In this document: in pieces, positions 9,133 through 19,953 of the stretch
Layout of the letters: each line of letters opens with the position of its first letter
Numbering within the stretch: the stretch's first letter is position 1
Assembly: GCA_016779165.1 (NCBI GenBank)
Contig: JADHOE010000004.1
Coordinates: 1 to 55,045 of the forward strand
Length of the DNA stretch: 55,045 nt
DNA from: Candidatus Margulisiibacteriota bacterium
GTDB taxonomy: Bacteria > Margulisbacteria > Marinamargulisbacteria > UBA817
Reading direction: 5' to 3'
Position numbers and translations under genes: made by a program
Notes under the pieces: model-generated
Databases searched by the model: none
What the model saw: only the letters and a program-made list of their open reading frames with translations
What the model was told of the DNA's origin: nothing

Positions 9133-9990
9133 ATGATATCACACTGGATTTCTGCCACAAGACCAAAAACGTTACCGGTTAGTTTGTGCCCTGTCATTTT
9201 CTCCTTTTTTTTGGCCCATCAGCAAGGCATGTTTAATGCCTTAACGGGTGCGGTTATTATTTTTTGTGTGCTTTGCATTCAAGTAGGCACAAACTTTGCA
9301 AACGATTATTATGATTTCCTAAAAGGGGCAGATGCTGCGGACCGGGTTGGCCCAAAACGAATGACGCAAGCTGGGCTTATTCACCCAACACACATGAAAC
9401 GTGCGGCAATGGGCGCATTTTCTCTGGCCATTTGTTTTGGTGGGTACTTGGTTGCAATTGGTGGCTTACCCATTGTTTTTATTGGGCTGGCGTCTGTATT
9501 TTTTGGGCTAATTTATACGGCGGGGCCATTTGCCTTGGCCTACATTGGTGGCGCCGAATTTGTATCTATGGTGTTTTTTGGGCCGGTATCTGTTATCGGT
9601 GCCACTTACCTTCATACGGGTGTCATTGATTGGCAATTATGGTTAATTGGTTTGGCTTTTGGTCTGATTACGGCTGCGCTACTGGTGGTTAATAACACTC
9701 GCGATATCGAATCGGATCGACAAGTAAACAAAAAGACATTTGCGGTACGTTTTGGTCGGTTATTTTCAACCATTGAATACATCCTATTTTTGTACAGCCC
9801 GATTGTTATTCTGGATTATCTAACAGAAGATTCAACCGATCAAATGGTATTAACGTTGGCATTGGTTATTGTTGCCATGCTTCTAACGCGACGGTTTGGT
9901 AAAGCCAATGGCGCTGGTTTTAATCGATTACTTGCCTTAACAAGCGGCTATCTAATGTTGTTTACAGCAGCAGCCATAGTGTTGATATAA
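9133..9990 (+). CDS. menA: 1,4-dihydroxy-2-naphthoate prenyltransferase
   Basis: RPKTL, NFANDYYDFLKGAD, YTAGP, VNNTRDIESD-KKT. Multi-pass membrane protein. Confidence 0.93.
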   Translation: MISHWISATRPKTLPVSLCPVIFSFFLAHQQGMFNALTGAVIIFCVLCIQVGTNFANDYYDFLKGADAADRVGPKRMTQAGLIHPTHMKRAAMGAFSLAICFGGYLVAIGGLPIVFIGLASVFFGLIYTAGPFALAYIGGAEFVSMVFFGPVSVIGATYLHTGVIDWQLWLIGLAFGLITAALLVVNNTRDIESDRQVNKKTFAVRFGRLFSTIEYILFLYSPIVILDYLTEDSTDQMVLTLALVIVAMLLTRRFGKANGAGFNRLLALTSGYLMLFTAAAIVLI

Positions 9991-9995
9991 AGGCA

Positions 9996-11189
9996 ATGAT
10001 GGTGCATGGCCGTAATACCCCACTGGCAATTGTTAATCATGCCCCAGTGCACGGCAATCACATAAAGCCTCCTTCAAAAACAAACCAGCCAGTTGTTATC
10101 GAATTTTCTAAAACCGCGAATTGTTTAATTAAGCTCTATTCTTGTTTGCTATATCGCCAATCATTTTTGGTGCTCGATAGTCTATGGCCCACGCATTTTT
10201 TAAATCAAATTAAGGCCTTATTGCCAGCCACCCCCAACCATACTCCTTGTGCGATTATTGCAACATCAGGATCCACAGGCACGCCCAAGTTGGTGTGTCA
10301 CTCCATTGACGCTTTATTTTTAAGCGCCCAGCGTTCATTAGTGCATTCAAATATTCCCACAGGTGATGCGATCTTGTTGTCGCTGTCCCCGTCGTCCATG
10401 GGCGGATTATTAACCGTTGTGAAGGGATTGGTATCTGGAGCGGTCATTCATTTATCATCAGACCATTGGCTAAATGCATTATCGACTCAGTGCCAATGGC
10501 ATTTTGCAATGGTTCCTCAACAGTTGTCTCGCTTTATTAACAGTGGCTTATCGTCACTCACCATAGCGTCAATTTTGATTGGTGGTGACGCAGCGCCAGT
10601 GCAATTGAAACAGCAGGCTGACCATTTGCCGGTGATGTACAGCTATGGTGCCACTGAAACCTGTGGGCAAATTATTTCAACTGACATTGCTGGCGGTACT
10701 TACTCAACACTTCAGGGGGTGTCATTGCAATTATTCAATGATCAATTGGGAATTAAAACAAACACGTTGGCCATGGGGTATTTAACGGCCAGTGGCGTTG
10801 AGGCATTACCCTTGAAAAAAGGTTTTTTTATTAGCCAGGATGTGGTTCAATTGCCCCCAGATTTCATGGTGATTGGTCGAAAAGATTTTCAGTTTCAATC
10901 TGGCGCTCAATTGGTATCCCCAGAGTTTATTGAACATGCTCTGGTGGCGTCTGGGTTGGTTGATGATGCGTGGGTTGTTCCCCACCCACACAAGAACCTT
11001 GGTCATGTACCAGTTGCTTATATTCCAACGTTAGACTCTGAACCTCAGTTGCATCGCTTTGCGGAACGTACATTGCCTCGTCACCTTCGCCCATCACTAT
11101 ATTTAAAATACCCCAACTTTATGGTTGAAACGTCGCCATTGCATCGACAAACTGTCATAAACTTTCACTTAAATTTAATGAAGCGTTAA
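9996..11189 (+). CDS. menE: O-succinylbenzoate-CoA ligase (short AMP-binding enzyme)
   Basis: [33 protein letters not shown]. Directly follows menA. Confidence 0.75.
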   Translation: MMVHGRNTPLAIVNHAPVHGNHIKPPSKTNQPVVIEFSKTANCLIKLYSCLLYRQSFLVLDSLWPTHFLNQIKALLPATPNHTPCAIIATSGSTGTPKLVCHSIDALFLSAQRSLVHSNIPTGDAILLSLSPSSMGGLLTVVKGLVSGAVIHLSSDHWLNALSTQCQWHFAMVPQQLSRFINSGLSSLTIASILIGGDAAPVQLKQQADHLPVMYSYGATETCGQIISTDIAGGTYSTLQGVSLQLFNDQLGIKTNTLAMGYLTASGVEALPLKKGFFISQDVVQLPPDFMVIGRKDFQFQSGAQLVSPEFIEHALVASGLVDDAWVVPHPHKNLGHVPVAYIPTLDSEPQLHRFAERTLPRHLRPSLYLKYPNFMVETSPLHRQTVINFHLNLMKR

Positions 11190-11301
11190 TCAAAGAATTG
11201 GAACTGAATACAACTTTCTTCTTTTTTTATTGTGGGTTAGAATAAATGTAACTTATACAAAAGAGGCATTTATTATGAGCACAATAGTAAAAGAGGACAA
11301 C

Positions 11302-12360
11302 ATGTTAACATACAGCGATATTCAATCCATTTTAGCAGAAAAAAGCGAGGCCTTATTGGGGCACACCTGCCAAACAATTTCAAAGGATCAACTTCATTTG
11401 CCCTCCCCTACGTTTGTTGATGACATATTTACATTAACCAACCGTAACAATCAGGTGCTTCGAAACTTGCAATCCATTTACAACCATGGCCGTTTGGCTG
11501 GCACTGGGTACGTGTCCATTCTCCCGGTTGACCAAGGCATTGAACATTCAGCTGGAGCATCATTTGCACCAAACTCAGACTATTTTGATCCTGAAAACAT
11601 TGTGAAACTAGCAATTGAAGGCGGTTGCAATGCGGTTGCTTCAACATTGGGTGTCTTGGGATTGGTTTCAAGAAAGTATGCCCACCGAATTCCCTTCATT
11701 GTCAAAATTAATCACAACGAATTTTTAAGTTACCCAAATTCATTTGACCAAATAATGTTTGCTTCTATTGACCAAGCAGTTGATATGGGGGCTGCCGCCG
11801 TTGGTGCAACAATTTACTTCGGTTCAAATGAATCAAAGCGGCAAATCCAAGAAGTCAGCCAGGCATTTGAATATGCGCACCAAAAAGGACTAGCGACCAT
11901 CCTATGGTGTTATTTGCGAAATTCAGCATTTAAAACAGCGGATGGCGATTTTCATACAGCCGCCGACTTAACGGGTCAGGCCAATCATTTGGGTGCAACC
12001 ATTGAGGCTGATATAGTAAAGCAAAAATTACCTGAAACCAATGGGGGGTTTAATGCATTGTCCTTTGGAAAAACACATCAGGATGTCTACAATAAATTGT
12101 CATCGGACAACCCCATAGATTTAACGCGCTACCAGATTGCAAACTCCTATTTTGGACGGGTTGGCTTAATTAATTCCGGTGGGGCTTCGGGATCAAATGA
12201 CCTTCAAGATGCTGTAGCAACTGCAGTTATTAACAAGCGTGCCGGTGGTATGGGATTAATTTCCGGTCGAAAAGCATTTCAAAAACCATTAACTGATGGA
12301 ATCAAATTACTGAATGCAATTCAAGATGTTTATTTGTGCGACGAGGTGGCAATTGCGTAA
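11302..12360 (+). CDS. fbaB: Class I fructose-bisphosphate aldolase (DhnA/FbaB type)
   Basis: [56 protein letters not shown] before ATG 11302. Confidence 0.95.
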   Translation: MLTYSDIQSILAEKSEALLGHTCQTISKDQLHLPSPTFVDDIFTLTNRNNQVLRNLQSIYNHGRLAGTGYVSILPVDQGIEHSAGASFAPNSDYFDPENIVKLAIEGGCNAVASTLGVLGLVSRKYAHRIPFIVKINHNEFLSYPNSFDQIMFASIDQAVDMGAAAVGATIYFGSNESKRQIQEVSQAFEYAHQKGLATILWCYLRNSAFKTADGDFHTAADLTGQANHLGATIEADIVKQKLPETNGGFNALSFGKTHQDVYNKLSSDNPIDLTRYQIANSYFGRVGLINSGGASGSNDLQDAVATAVINKRAGGMGLISGRKAFQKPLTDGIKLLNAIQDVYLCDEVAIA

Positions 12361-12389
12361 CAGTATCCCCTTTACAATTGGCGGTTGTT

Positions 12390-12812
12390 ATGAGTGATTG
12401 TGGCAATGTTAAGAAGGTGTTTGTTCCAACCGATGACAACGCCTCATCAAAGAAAATAGACCCCAATTTAACGTTTGGGGCAACATCGGTTGCTATTGAA
12501 AAAGTGCATCATTTTATTGAAAAAGATGGCAAATCAATTGATACCCATGGCTTACGTGTCAAAGTTGTGAAAGATGGCTGCTCAGGTAATTCTTATGATA
12601 TTTCTCTTGCCACCATTGCTGAAGCCAAAGAAAATGGTGACAAATTGTTTCAATTTGGCAAGGTTACGATTATTGTTGAAAAGTTAAGTTACATGTTCGT
12701 TATTGGCTCTGAACTTGATTATGTTGAAACATTGCTTATGTCTGGATTTCAAATCAACAACCCAAATGTTAAAAAGCAATGCTCATGTGGTTCATCGTTT
12801 TCAATTAAATAA
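12390..12812 (+). CDS. HesB/IscA/ErpA family Fe-S cluster carrier
   Basis: LRVKV-GCSG, LDYVE, NPN-CSCGSSF. Confidence 0.9.
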   Translation: MSDCGNVKKVFVPTDDNASSKKIDPNLTFGATSVAIEKVHHFIEKDGKSIDTHGLRVKVVKDGCSGNSYDISLATIAEAKENGDKLFQFGKVTIIVEKLSYMFVIGSELDYVETLLMSGFQINNPNVKKQCSCGSSFSIK

Positions 12813-12838
12813 GGTTCGAAATAATCTCAATCAAACCA

Positions 12839-13840
12839 ATGACGACATCAATTGTTTATAATGGAAAAAGAAGACAGCTTTTATGGATTGGTTTAAGCAG
12901 TTTAATTCTAACGTTATTTACCCTGTTTATATATTCATTTTGGGCAATAACAAAATTGCGAAGGTTTTTTTCTGAGCATTTATCAATCGATGGCCATCAC
13001 TTGTCATACCATGGCACTGGAAAGGAGCTATTCATTGGTGCTTTTAAATTTTTTGCGTTATTCGTGCTCATTAATATTGCAAGTGAGTTTGTTTTTTATA
13101 AAATTCAATTCCTTAAATACTTTATTCTTTATATCTTTTTTTCTTATGTGATTTTTGATGCGTATAAGTATCGTGCAAGTCGTACATCGTACAAGGGGTT
13201 ACAATTTAGTTTATCTGGATCGAAGCTAGAGTATTTCAAGTTGATCATAAAGCGTTCGGTTTTAAATTTTTTATCATTTGGCGTTCTTGCTCCAAAATCA
13301 ACCATTTTAAAATATGAGTACATTTTTTCAAACCTTCGCATTGGTGCCCATGCATTTTCGTTTAATTCTGATTATCGACATTTACTGAAACTTAACATTA
13401 TAACTTTAATATTATTAATTCCGACCCTTGGAATTTCTCGCTTGTGGTACTCCCATGCCATGTTCCTTACCATTATACGTGGGGGAAGATTGGAATCAAT
13501 TCAACTATCATCCAACCTTCCTTTAACGACCTACATAAAATTTAAGTTAGTTAATGTATTCCTCGTATTGGTCCCATTCATTTTATTTTCCCTGTATTAT
13601 CTTGTACTGTTTATTGTATTTTTAAAGTTATCGATTGATAATCAAGTGCTGTTTATTGTTGCCCCTTTCATATTATTTTATATATATATCGCTTTGATAA
13701 GAATTTTTTTGCACCATCGTTGGCTTAATTTTATAAGCGCTCACGTTCATATTTTTGGTGATTTATCGGTTATTTCAATGTCGATGGAAACGCCACCTAT
13801 CCGTCCAGACTATGATGCCATTCTGTCATCTGAATTTTAA
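12839..13840 (+). CDS. DUF898/YjgN family inner membrane protein
   Basis: LTLFTLFIYSFWA, YHGTGKELFIG, YRASRTSYKGLQF, TLGI; hydrophobic repeats. Confidence 0.8.
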   Translation: MTTSIVYNGKRRQLLWIGLSSLILTLFTLFIYSFWAITKLRRFFSEHLSIDGHHLSYHGTGKELFIGAFKFFALFVLINIASEFVFYKIQFLKYFILYIFFSYVIFDAYKYRASRTSYKGLQFSLSGSKLEYFKLIIKRSVLNFLSFGVLAPKSTILKYEYIFSNLRIGAHAFSFNSDYRHLLKLNIITLILLIPTLGISRLWYSHAMFLTIIRGGRLESIQLSSNLPLTTYIKFKLVNVFLVLVPFILFSLYYLVLFIVFLKLSIDNQVLFIVAPFILFYIYIALIRIFLHHRWLNFISAHVHIFGDLSVISMSMETPPIRPDYDAILSSEF

Positions 13841-13897
13841 TTGGGTTCATTTTGGCTAACGATTAGAAAGTAATGCTGCCCTACCGTATTTGGCCAA

Positions 13898-14632
13898 TTA
13901 AAATTTAAATTGAAACCCTGTGTCGATCGACCATTCAGTTTGGCTGTAAACAGAGCTGTTAGAAAATAAATTAGCTTGAGCTGAGGCTCTATAAGATACT
14001 CGTGGGCTAATATCGCTTAGATAAACGCCCTCAAAATGATACCGAATATTATTCAAATTAAATAACTCTGGCTGAAAGTAAATAACACCACTTACTCTAT
14101 TAAACTGGTTAAATGAAGTAGAATGCGCCATGTACATTGATAGACGCCAATAGTTAACGATAATGTCTTGATTGATTTCCTTCACCCATTCATTCATAAT
14201 GCTTGCCCCCAACCGCAATCCATGGGCAGTGGTTCGTCCGCCAATGCCGGCCAAGTAACGCAATTGAGTGGATGAATACAAGCGCTGCTCATACTGCATG
14301 TAGGCTTCAGGTGTTAGCGCATTAATTTTTGAGGTATCAAATATACGAAGGTGATAAAACGAATGATTTTTATAAGCCTTACCATTTGACTCACCGTAAT
14401 TGATGCGAGTTAGAAAGAAACCTTGCACCTTATTCAAAACAAAAGGTTTAAAATATGTTGCCCCAAATGATGACATGTTATACGGGCCTTGTTGAATTTC
14501 AGAAGAAAGATCCAATACTTTATGGTACTGATTTTTTAGTAGGCCATTATTGTCTCGATACTGCTCAATATTGACTTGCCCAATGCAGTAAATGCTAATA
14601 AAAAAAATAAAAATCAGGGCGTGGTGGATCAT
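13898..14632 (-). CDS. Probable outer-membrane beta-barrel (DUF481-like)
   Basis: Signal peptide then QVNIE, RYLAGIGGR, YFQP and terminal GFQFKF (C-terminal Phe). Confidence 0.6.
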   Translation of the reverse strand: MIHHALIFIFFISIYCIGQVNIEQYRDNNGLLKNQYHKVLDLSSEIQQGPYNMSSFGATYFKPFVLNKVQGFFLTRINYGESNGKAYKNHSFYHLRIFDTSKINALTPEAYMQYEQRLYSSTQLRYLAGIGGRTTAHGLRLGASIMNEWVKEINQDIIVNYWRLSMYMAHSTSFNQFNRVSGVIYFQPELFNLNNIRYHFEGVYLSDISPRVSYRASAQANLFSNSSVYSQTEWSIDTGFQFKF

Positions 14633-15249
14633 TAAGTGGTTTGGATTGCATCCAATAACAATTTCATTTTATTGTAGTCTTTTATTCCTGGCTCTTTCTC
14701 TAGGCCTGAACAGATATCAATACCGTAAGGCGACACCATTTTGATGGCTTTTGATATATTTGTTGCATTAATTCCACCGGAAAGAATCAGGGGGACATCA
14801 TAGGCCTTAGCTTCAATGGCCAGCCCCCAATCAAAGGTTTTTCCTGTGCCTCCATGCACATTTTGAGCCTTTGTATCCAACAATATGCCATTCACACACC
14901 CTTTGTATTGAGGTATGCAATAAATATCTTCTTTATTTTTGACTGGAATGGCTTTAATGACTGGTAAGTGAAATTTCAAGCAAAACTCAGGTGATTCCTG
15001 ACCATGAAGTTGAATACCCGTTAAGCGACATCGTTTGGTTGCTTCATTAATAAAGTCTACCGACGCATTAACAAATACCCCAATCACGTGAATAAATGGT
15101 GGTAAGTCTAAAAGGATCTCTTCAACTTTTTCAATGCTAATGTAACGCGGTGACTGTTCATAAAAAATAAAGCCCAAGGCATCAATATTTAGAGCAATGG
15201 CATTCATTGCATCGGTTCGATTTGTAATGCCACAAAATTTAACTTTCAC
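14632..15249 (-). CDS. trpF: Phosphoribosylanthranilate isomerase
   Basis: VKFCGIT, LGFIFY-SPR, GVFVN, QLHGQE, GGTGKTFDW, LSGG, PGIKD. Confidence 0.96.
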   Translation of the reverse strand: MKVKFCGITNRTDAMNAIALNIDALGFIFYEQSPRYISIEKVEEILLDLPPFIHVIGVFVNASVDFINEATKRCRLTGIQLHGQESPEFCLKFHLPVIKAIPVKNKEDIYCIPQYKGCVNGILLDTKAQNVHGGTGKTFDWGLAIEAKAYDVPLILSGGINATNISKAIKMVSPYGIDICSGLEKEPGIKDYNKMKLLLDAIQTT

Positions 15250-15997
15250 AATGAAACCACTCCAATAAACGGTTATTTTTTTTAAGCCCCTCTCCTATTA
15301 ATACCGCATTTATTTGCAGATCTTCAAGTGCATCCAGTTCATTTGGCGTTGAATAGCCGGATTCTGCAACCACACATCCATTGGGAGCAATGCCTTTAAT
15401 GATTGGAAGAAGGTCTCGAGTTTGGTTAATATCGCATTTAAATGTTTCAAGGTTACGGTTGTTAATACCAACCAAGGGCTTGTGGGGGATCCCTGATAAC
15501 TTTTCAACGGCTGACATGGAATGAACTTCCAATAAACACTCAATGCCATAGCCCGAGGCAGCATCAATTAACTCATTGGTTTGTGAAATGCTTAAAATAT
15601 CTAAAATTAGCAACATAACATCGGCACCCATGCTGTATGTTTCCTGTACCTGAGATGGATCTATAATAAAATCTTTTCGTAATACGGGGAGTTGAATGGC
15701 TTGTTTTACAGCCATCAAGTCATTGATAGACCCTTTAAAAAATTCTTTGTCGGTTAATACCGACACGCAAGATGCTCCATGCTGCTCAAATTGTTTCGCA
15801 ATTTGCACCGGATTAAATGTATCGTAAATGATTCCTTTCGATGGTGATGCTTGTTTTACCTCTGCTATTAAATGAAGCTTTTTTTGTTTAAGCCGTTCCA
15901 AAAAGGAAACTGTTGGAACATTAATTCGCGTTGCCTTGGTATTTATGGCTGTTAACTCTTGTTTTTTTTGTTGAACGATTGTGTCAAGAAAATTCAT
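15239..15997 (-). CDS. trpC: Indole-3-glycerol phosphate synthase
   Basis: IAEVKQASPSKG, SVLTD-FFKGS, LRKDFIID, GINNRNL, VAESG, VLIGE. Confidence 0.96.
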   Translation of the reverse strand: MNFLDTIVQQKKQELTAINTKATRINVPTVSFLERLKQKKLHLIAEVKQASPSKGIIYDTFNPVQIAKQFEQHGASCVSVLTDKEFFKGSINDLMAVKQAIQLPVLRKDFIIDPSQVQETYSMGADVMLLILDILSISQTNELIDAASGYGIECLLEVHSMSAVEKLSGIPHKPLVGINNRNLETFKCDINQTRDLLPIIKGIAPNGCVVAESGYSTPNELDALEDLQINAVLIGEGLKKNNRLLEWFHCES

Positions 15998-16808
15998 TTG
16001 ATAACGCCTTTGCATACACCTTACTGTTGGGTGGCACTGAACCAGTTAGCCAAACATTGCCACCAATAATACTATGTGCACCTATAACAGTGTTCCCACC
16101 TAAAATTGTGGTTCTTGCATAAATTGTTACATGATCCTCTATAGTTGGGTGGCGTTTTGTATTTTTTTGCCGTTTTGAAACACTTAATGCGCCTATGGTT
16201 ACTCCTTGATATAGCTTAACATGATGCCCAATGATGGCCGTCTCTCCAATAACAATACCTGTGCCATGATCAATGCAAAAAGACTCGCCAATGGTTGCTT
16301 TTGGATGAATATCAATGCCCGTATTTCGGTGGGCAATGCTGGCACACATTCGGGCAAATAGTGGGTGCCCCTTGAGGTGCAAATTATGAGCAATTCGGTA
16401 AATCATTATGGCTTCAAAGCTGGGGTAAGCCAACACGACTTCTTCGTAACTTTCGGCGGCTGGATCGCCGTTGTAAATGGCATCAATGTCTTTCTTTAAT
16501 GTTTGTTTCAACGGAACAATGCCATTTAAAATGTCCGTGCTTTGTGTCTCAGCGGATGCCAATAAAATTGGGTTGATACCACAAATAATGGTTTCAACAC
16601 ATGCCTTTAAATCATGCAGTAAATTGGTTAATGAAACATGATTTTTGGATTCTGTTAACCTATAAAAAACGCCAGGAAACAAAATGGATTTATAAAGCAT
16701 TAAAAAACGGTGGATCTCGTCGAGCCCAATGGTTGGGCCTGATTTTCCATCAAATAAAATGGGATGTTCCTTATTTTCATCTTCCAATGCATTAATCAAG
16801 GTTTGCAT
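15984..16808 (-). CDS. cysE: Serine O-acetyltransferase
   Basis: GDPAA, YP-YRIAH, TGIDIHP, IDHGTGIVIGET, YQGVT, KRHPTIED. Confidence 0.92.
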   Translation of the reverse strand: MQTLINALEDENKEHPILFDGKSGPTIGLDEIHRFLMLYKSILFPGVFYRLTESKNHVSLTNLLHDLKACVETIICGINPILLASAETQSTDILNGIVPLKQTLKKDIDAIYNGDPAAESYEEVVLAYPSFEAIMIYRIAHNLHLKGHPLFARMCASIAHRNTGIDIHPKATIGESFCIDHGTGIVIGETAIIGHHVKLYQGVTIGALSVSKRQKNTKRHPTIEDHVTIYARTTILGGNTVIGAHSIIGGNVWLTGSVPPNSKVYAKALSNEFS

Positions 16809-16867
16809 ATAGTTTATAGTCTAGTTTGTTGGTTTTTTTTTGTCTATTGCGTGTCGCCATTCCATTC

Positions 16868-16896
16868 TTGAACTTCATGATTCTGCATAATAAGAT
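16868..16896 (+). promoter_or_regulatory. Promoter of priA, predicted leaderless
   Basis: TTGAAC (16868-16873), 17 nt, TAAGAT (16891-16896), 5 nt, ATG 16902. Confidence 0.55.
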
Positions 16897-16901
16897 GAAT
16901 T

Positions 16902-18839
16902 ATGCGCATTGCCCACTTGATTATTTTAACAAATGTATCAAAACGGTACTCGTACATTGTTCCCAGTAACTTGACCGTTGACGTTGGGGATTACGTAAAT
17001 GTTACATTTGCAAAACGCAAACAAGTGGGGTTGGTGGTTGAATTAAACCCAATGAATAACGAAGAACCGGTTCCGTATGCATTATCTGAAATTCATGATG
17101 TTGACACAAAGCGGCCACGAATTTCAGAAGAGCTCATACTACTTTCGAAATGGTTTTCAACACATTATTGCACCACTGAGTACCGAGCACTCCAGTGCAT
17201 AGTGGGCACAAAAAAAATAAGAGAAGCACCCTTTACAGCGCAAGTTTTCCCAGAACCACTTAATGAATTATCTCCTGTTCAACGAAATACATTTGATAAC
17301 ATATTAGGTTCCCCATATAAAACACATTTGATTCATGGGGTTACTGGTAGTGGAAAAACACAAGTTTACGCTCACCTGATTCACCATGCTATCGAACGCA
17401 AAGAAACCGCCATTTTGTTGATTCCAGAAATTTCGTTAACGCCTCAGTTCACATCTTTTTTTTCGACTTATTTTTCTGGTTTAGCGGTCGTGCATTCTGG
17501 GCTTACCCCAAAGCGAAAAGAAGAAATATGGAGCCAATGCAATAGGGGCGAAATATCGATTATTATTGGACCACGATCCGCCATATTTATGCCTTTAAAA
17601 TCGTTGGGTGTAATTATTGTTGATGAAGAACATGATGCCAGTTACAAACAAGAGAGTGCGCCACGCTACTTCACCCATGAAGTCGCAAAGCAGCGAGCGA
17701 AGATGAACAATGCGTTGTTGGTATTTGGCTCAGCAACCCCATCCCTTACCACCTATGCAGAGTTGAACGATTTAACTAAAAATTACCATCAAATGCTCAC
17801 TCGGTTTAATTCTGTGAGTATGCCAAAAGTTCATGTACTTGATATGAATACCAACCAAACCAGTACTCTTATTCATGACCAAATGGTGGCCGCTATTGAT
17901 CAGTGCTTAAAACAAAATAAAAAGGTGTTAATTATGGTTAATCGCAGGGGGTATTCATCATTTCTGAAATGCCGCCGATGCGGCACCATACAACAATGCA
18001 ATGCATGCAACACCAGCTATACGTACCACTCAGATGGTGTTTTTCGTTGTCATCGATGCCTTGAAACAAAACCCATGACACGTGAATGCACAAACTGCAA
18101 ATCATTCGATGTTGAATACTATGGCATTGCAATTCAAAAAGTACATTACGAGTTGATGCATTTATTTCCCGATATCACAATCACAAGAATTGACCGAGAT
18201 AACGTTAAAAATATTGATCAATTGCAATCTGCGCTTGAGGATGTCACAAGTTCAGATATTTTAATTGGGACCCAAATGATTGCCAAAGGCCATAATTTTC
18301 CAAATGTTGGAATGGTGGGGATTATTGGCATTGATGTTATGTTAAACTTTCCAGACTTTAGGGCCTCTGAACGCATGTTTCAACTCATCACCCAAATGGC
18401 TGGTCGCGCAGGGCGTGATCATTCAGGTAGTCATGTGTATATTCAATCTTTTCAGCCGAACCATTATGTGTTTTCTTTTGCAAAATCCCATGATTCATAT
18501 GGTTTTTTAAAGCAAGAAAATGAATTTCGATTGCCATTTGGCTACCCGCCGTTTAAGTGCATTGTTAATATTATTTTTAGTGCAAAAGAAAATGAACACG
18601 CGCTGAAGTTTTATCAATTAATCATACAGTTTAATGCAACGCTTTCAGATGAACTATCGGTTGATGTTATTGGCCCTAAGCCAGCCCCAATTGAAAAAGC
18701 CAGTCATTACTACCGTCATAATGTCTTTTATAAAATTAGCCAATATGATGTCACAAAATTCAAGCAAAAACTACAGGCTTTTCCAGTGAACAGAAACGTA
18801 CGGTGTGTGATTGATATTGATCCTCAATCGCTGTTGTAA
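16902..18839 (+). CDS. priA: Primosomal protein N' (replication restart helicase)
   Basis: GVTGSGKT, PEISLTPQ, DEEHD-SYKQ, GSATPS, four CxxC pairs, GTQMIAKG, GRAGR, IDIDP. Confidence 0.96.
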   Translation: MRIAHLIILTNVSKRYSYIVPSNLTVDVGDYVNVTFAKRKQVGLVVELNPMNNEEPVPYALSEIHDVDTKRPRISEELILLSKWFSTHYCTTEYRALQCIVGTKKIREAPFTAQVFPEPLNELSPVQRNTFDNILGSPYKTHLIHGVTGSGKTQVYAHLIHHAIERKETAILLIPEISLTPQFTSFFSTYFSGLAVVHSGLTPKRKEEIWSQCNRGEISIIIGPRSAIFMPLKSLGVIIVDEEHDASYKQESAPRYFTHEVAKQRAKMNNALLVFGSATPSLTTYAELNDLTKNYHQMLTRFNSVSMPKVHVLDMNTNQTSTLIHDQMVAAIDQCLKQNKKVLIMVNRRGYSSFLKCRRCGTIQQCNACNTSYTYHSDGVFRCHRCLETKPMTRECTNCKSFDVEYYGIAIQKVHYELMHLFPDITITRIDRDNVKNIDQLQSALEDVTSSDILIGTQMIAKGHNFPNVGMVGIIGIDVMLNFPDFRASERMFQLITQMAGRAGRDHSGSHVYIQSFQPNHYVFSFAKSHDSYGFLKQENEFRLPFGYPPFKCIVNIIFSAKENEHALKFYQLIIQFNATLSDELSVDVIGPKPAPIEKASHYYRHNVFYKISQYDVTKFKQKLQAFPVNRNVRCVIDIDPQSLL

Positions 18840-18872
18840 TTTTTGTTATTATAATGAATCATTACCTTTAGC

Positions 18873-19817
18873 ATGGTGTTTTGGTTTTTGTTTGTTGCAT
18901 CGCTTTTAATCTTATGGAAATCTGCAGATGGATTTGTTGATGCATCTGAATCACTTGCCATTCATTTAAAACTCCCTTCCGTTATTATTGGGGCCACCGT
19001 TGTTGCGTTTGGAACATCAGCACCGGAGCTATTTGTTACCATGTTCGCTGCTGCTGATAACCAAGCAGATGTGGTTTACGGTAGTATTTTTGGAAGTAAT
19101 ATGGCGAACATCTTTTTTATATTTGGATTGGCACTATTAATTATTGGCCTTCAAAACATGGAAGAATTAAAGAAACAATTGGTGAACCATGCAATCAGCT
19201 TAAGCATTATTCTTGGAATTGTGGTTTTTTTGCAACCAAGTTTATTTACCTCAACGCTAGCGCTCCTGTTATTTTTGGGTATCAATTGGGGGATGTTTAA
19301 ACAAGGCAACCGTTTGAATGACACAACACCCCCAACTGAAAAAGGCACACTATTAAAATTAATAACACTTTTTTTTATTTGTTTATTACTATTGATTGCC
19401 AGCTCAAAATGCCTGCTTTACGCACTAACCAATATTGCAACTTTATTTGGTTTTTCAACCGCATTTTTATCCTTATTTGCGGTGGCTTTTGGTACATCTC
19501 TTCCAGAACTAATGGCCACTATTGCATTTGCCAAAAAGGGGCATGCATCAATTATTGTTGGGAATGTTTTTGGTTCCAATTTATTTAATTTACTTTTGGT
19601 ATTGCCCATGGCTTGGTTGGTTGCGCCCCTCCCCTTTTTAAGTCGTTACTTCTTTGAAATCCTTTGTTTATTTGTTATTACAATAGTTATTGCGATGTTT
19701 TCTAAAGCGTTTCATAAATACCATCGAGCGATTGGTGTGGCTTTATTGGTTACCTATGCCACTTACATAGGTGTTACGTACACAAACGTTATGTCCAAAT
19801 TTTCTTTATTTAGTTAG
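18873..19817 (+). CDS. Ca2+/Na+ antiporter (YrbG/CaCA family)
   Basis: Two alpha repeats: GTSAPE...GSN and GTSLPE...GSN. Confidence 0.9.
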   Translation: MVFWFLFVASLLILWKSADGFVDASESLAIHLKLPSVIIGATVVAFGTSAPELFVTMFAAADNQADVVYGSIFGSNMANIFFIFGLALLIIGLQNMEELKKQLVNHAISLSIILGIVVFLQPSLFTSTLALLLFLGINWGMFKQGNRLNDTTPPTEKGTLLKLITLFFICLLLLIASSKCLLYALTNIATLFGFSTAFLSLFAVAFGTSLPELMATIAFAKKGHASIIVGNVFGSNLFNLLLVLPMAWLVAPLPFLSRYFFEILCLFVITIVIAMFSKAFHKYHRAIGVALLVTYATYIGVTYTNVMSKFSLFS

Positions 19818-19953
19818 TGTTGCAATTTGCTTTGAAAAAAAAATAAAATCTTTTACACTTGTATTGATCACACTTTTGGTTTTAGGTTGACGTTTAAAGC
19901 CCAATGCATTATTTAATAAATGCATCAAACAACACTAATTATGGAGGCCTTGT

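Noticed and set aside
12839-13840. DUF898 gene without the M48 peptidase that often follows it, and with low GC
   Set aside because: Low GC fits Phe/Ile/Leu-rich membrane content, and the partner may be elsewhere. No mobility signal.
19887-19925. TTGACG and the imperfect palindrome ATGCATTATTTAATAAATGCAT upstream of fabI
   Set aside because: Could be a promoter and operator, but it is AT-rich, the -10 spacing is poor and I found no second copy.
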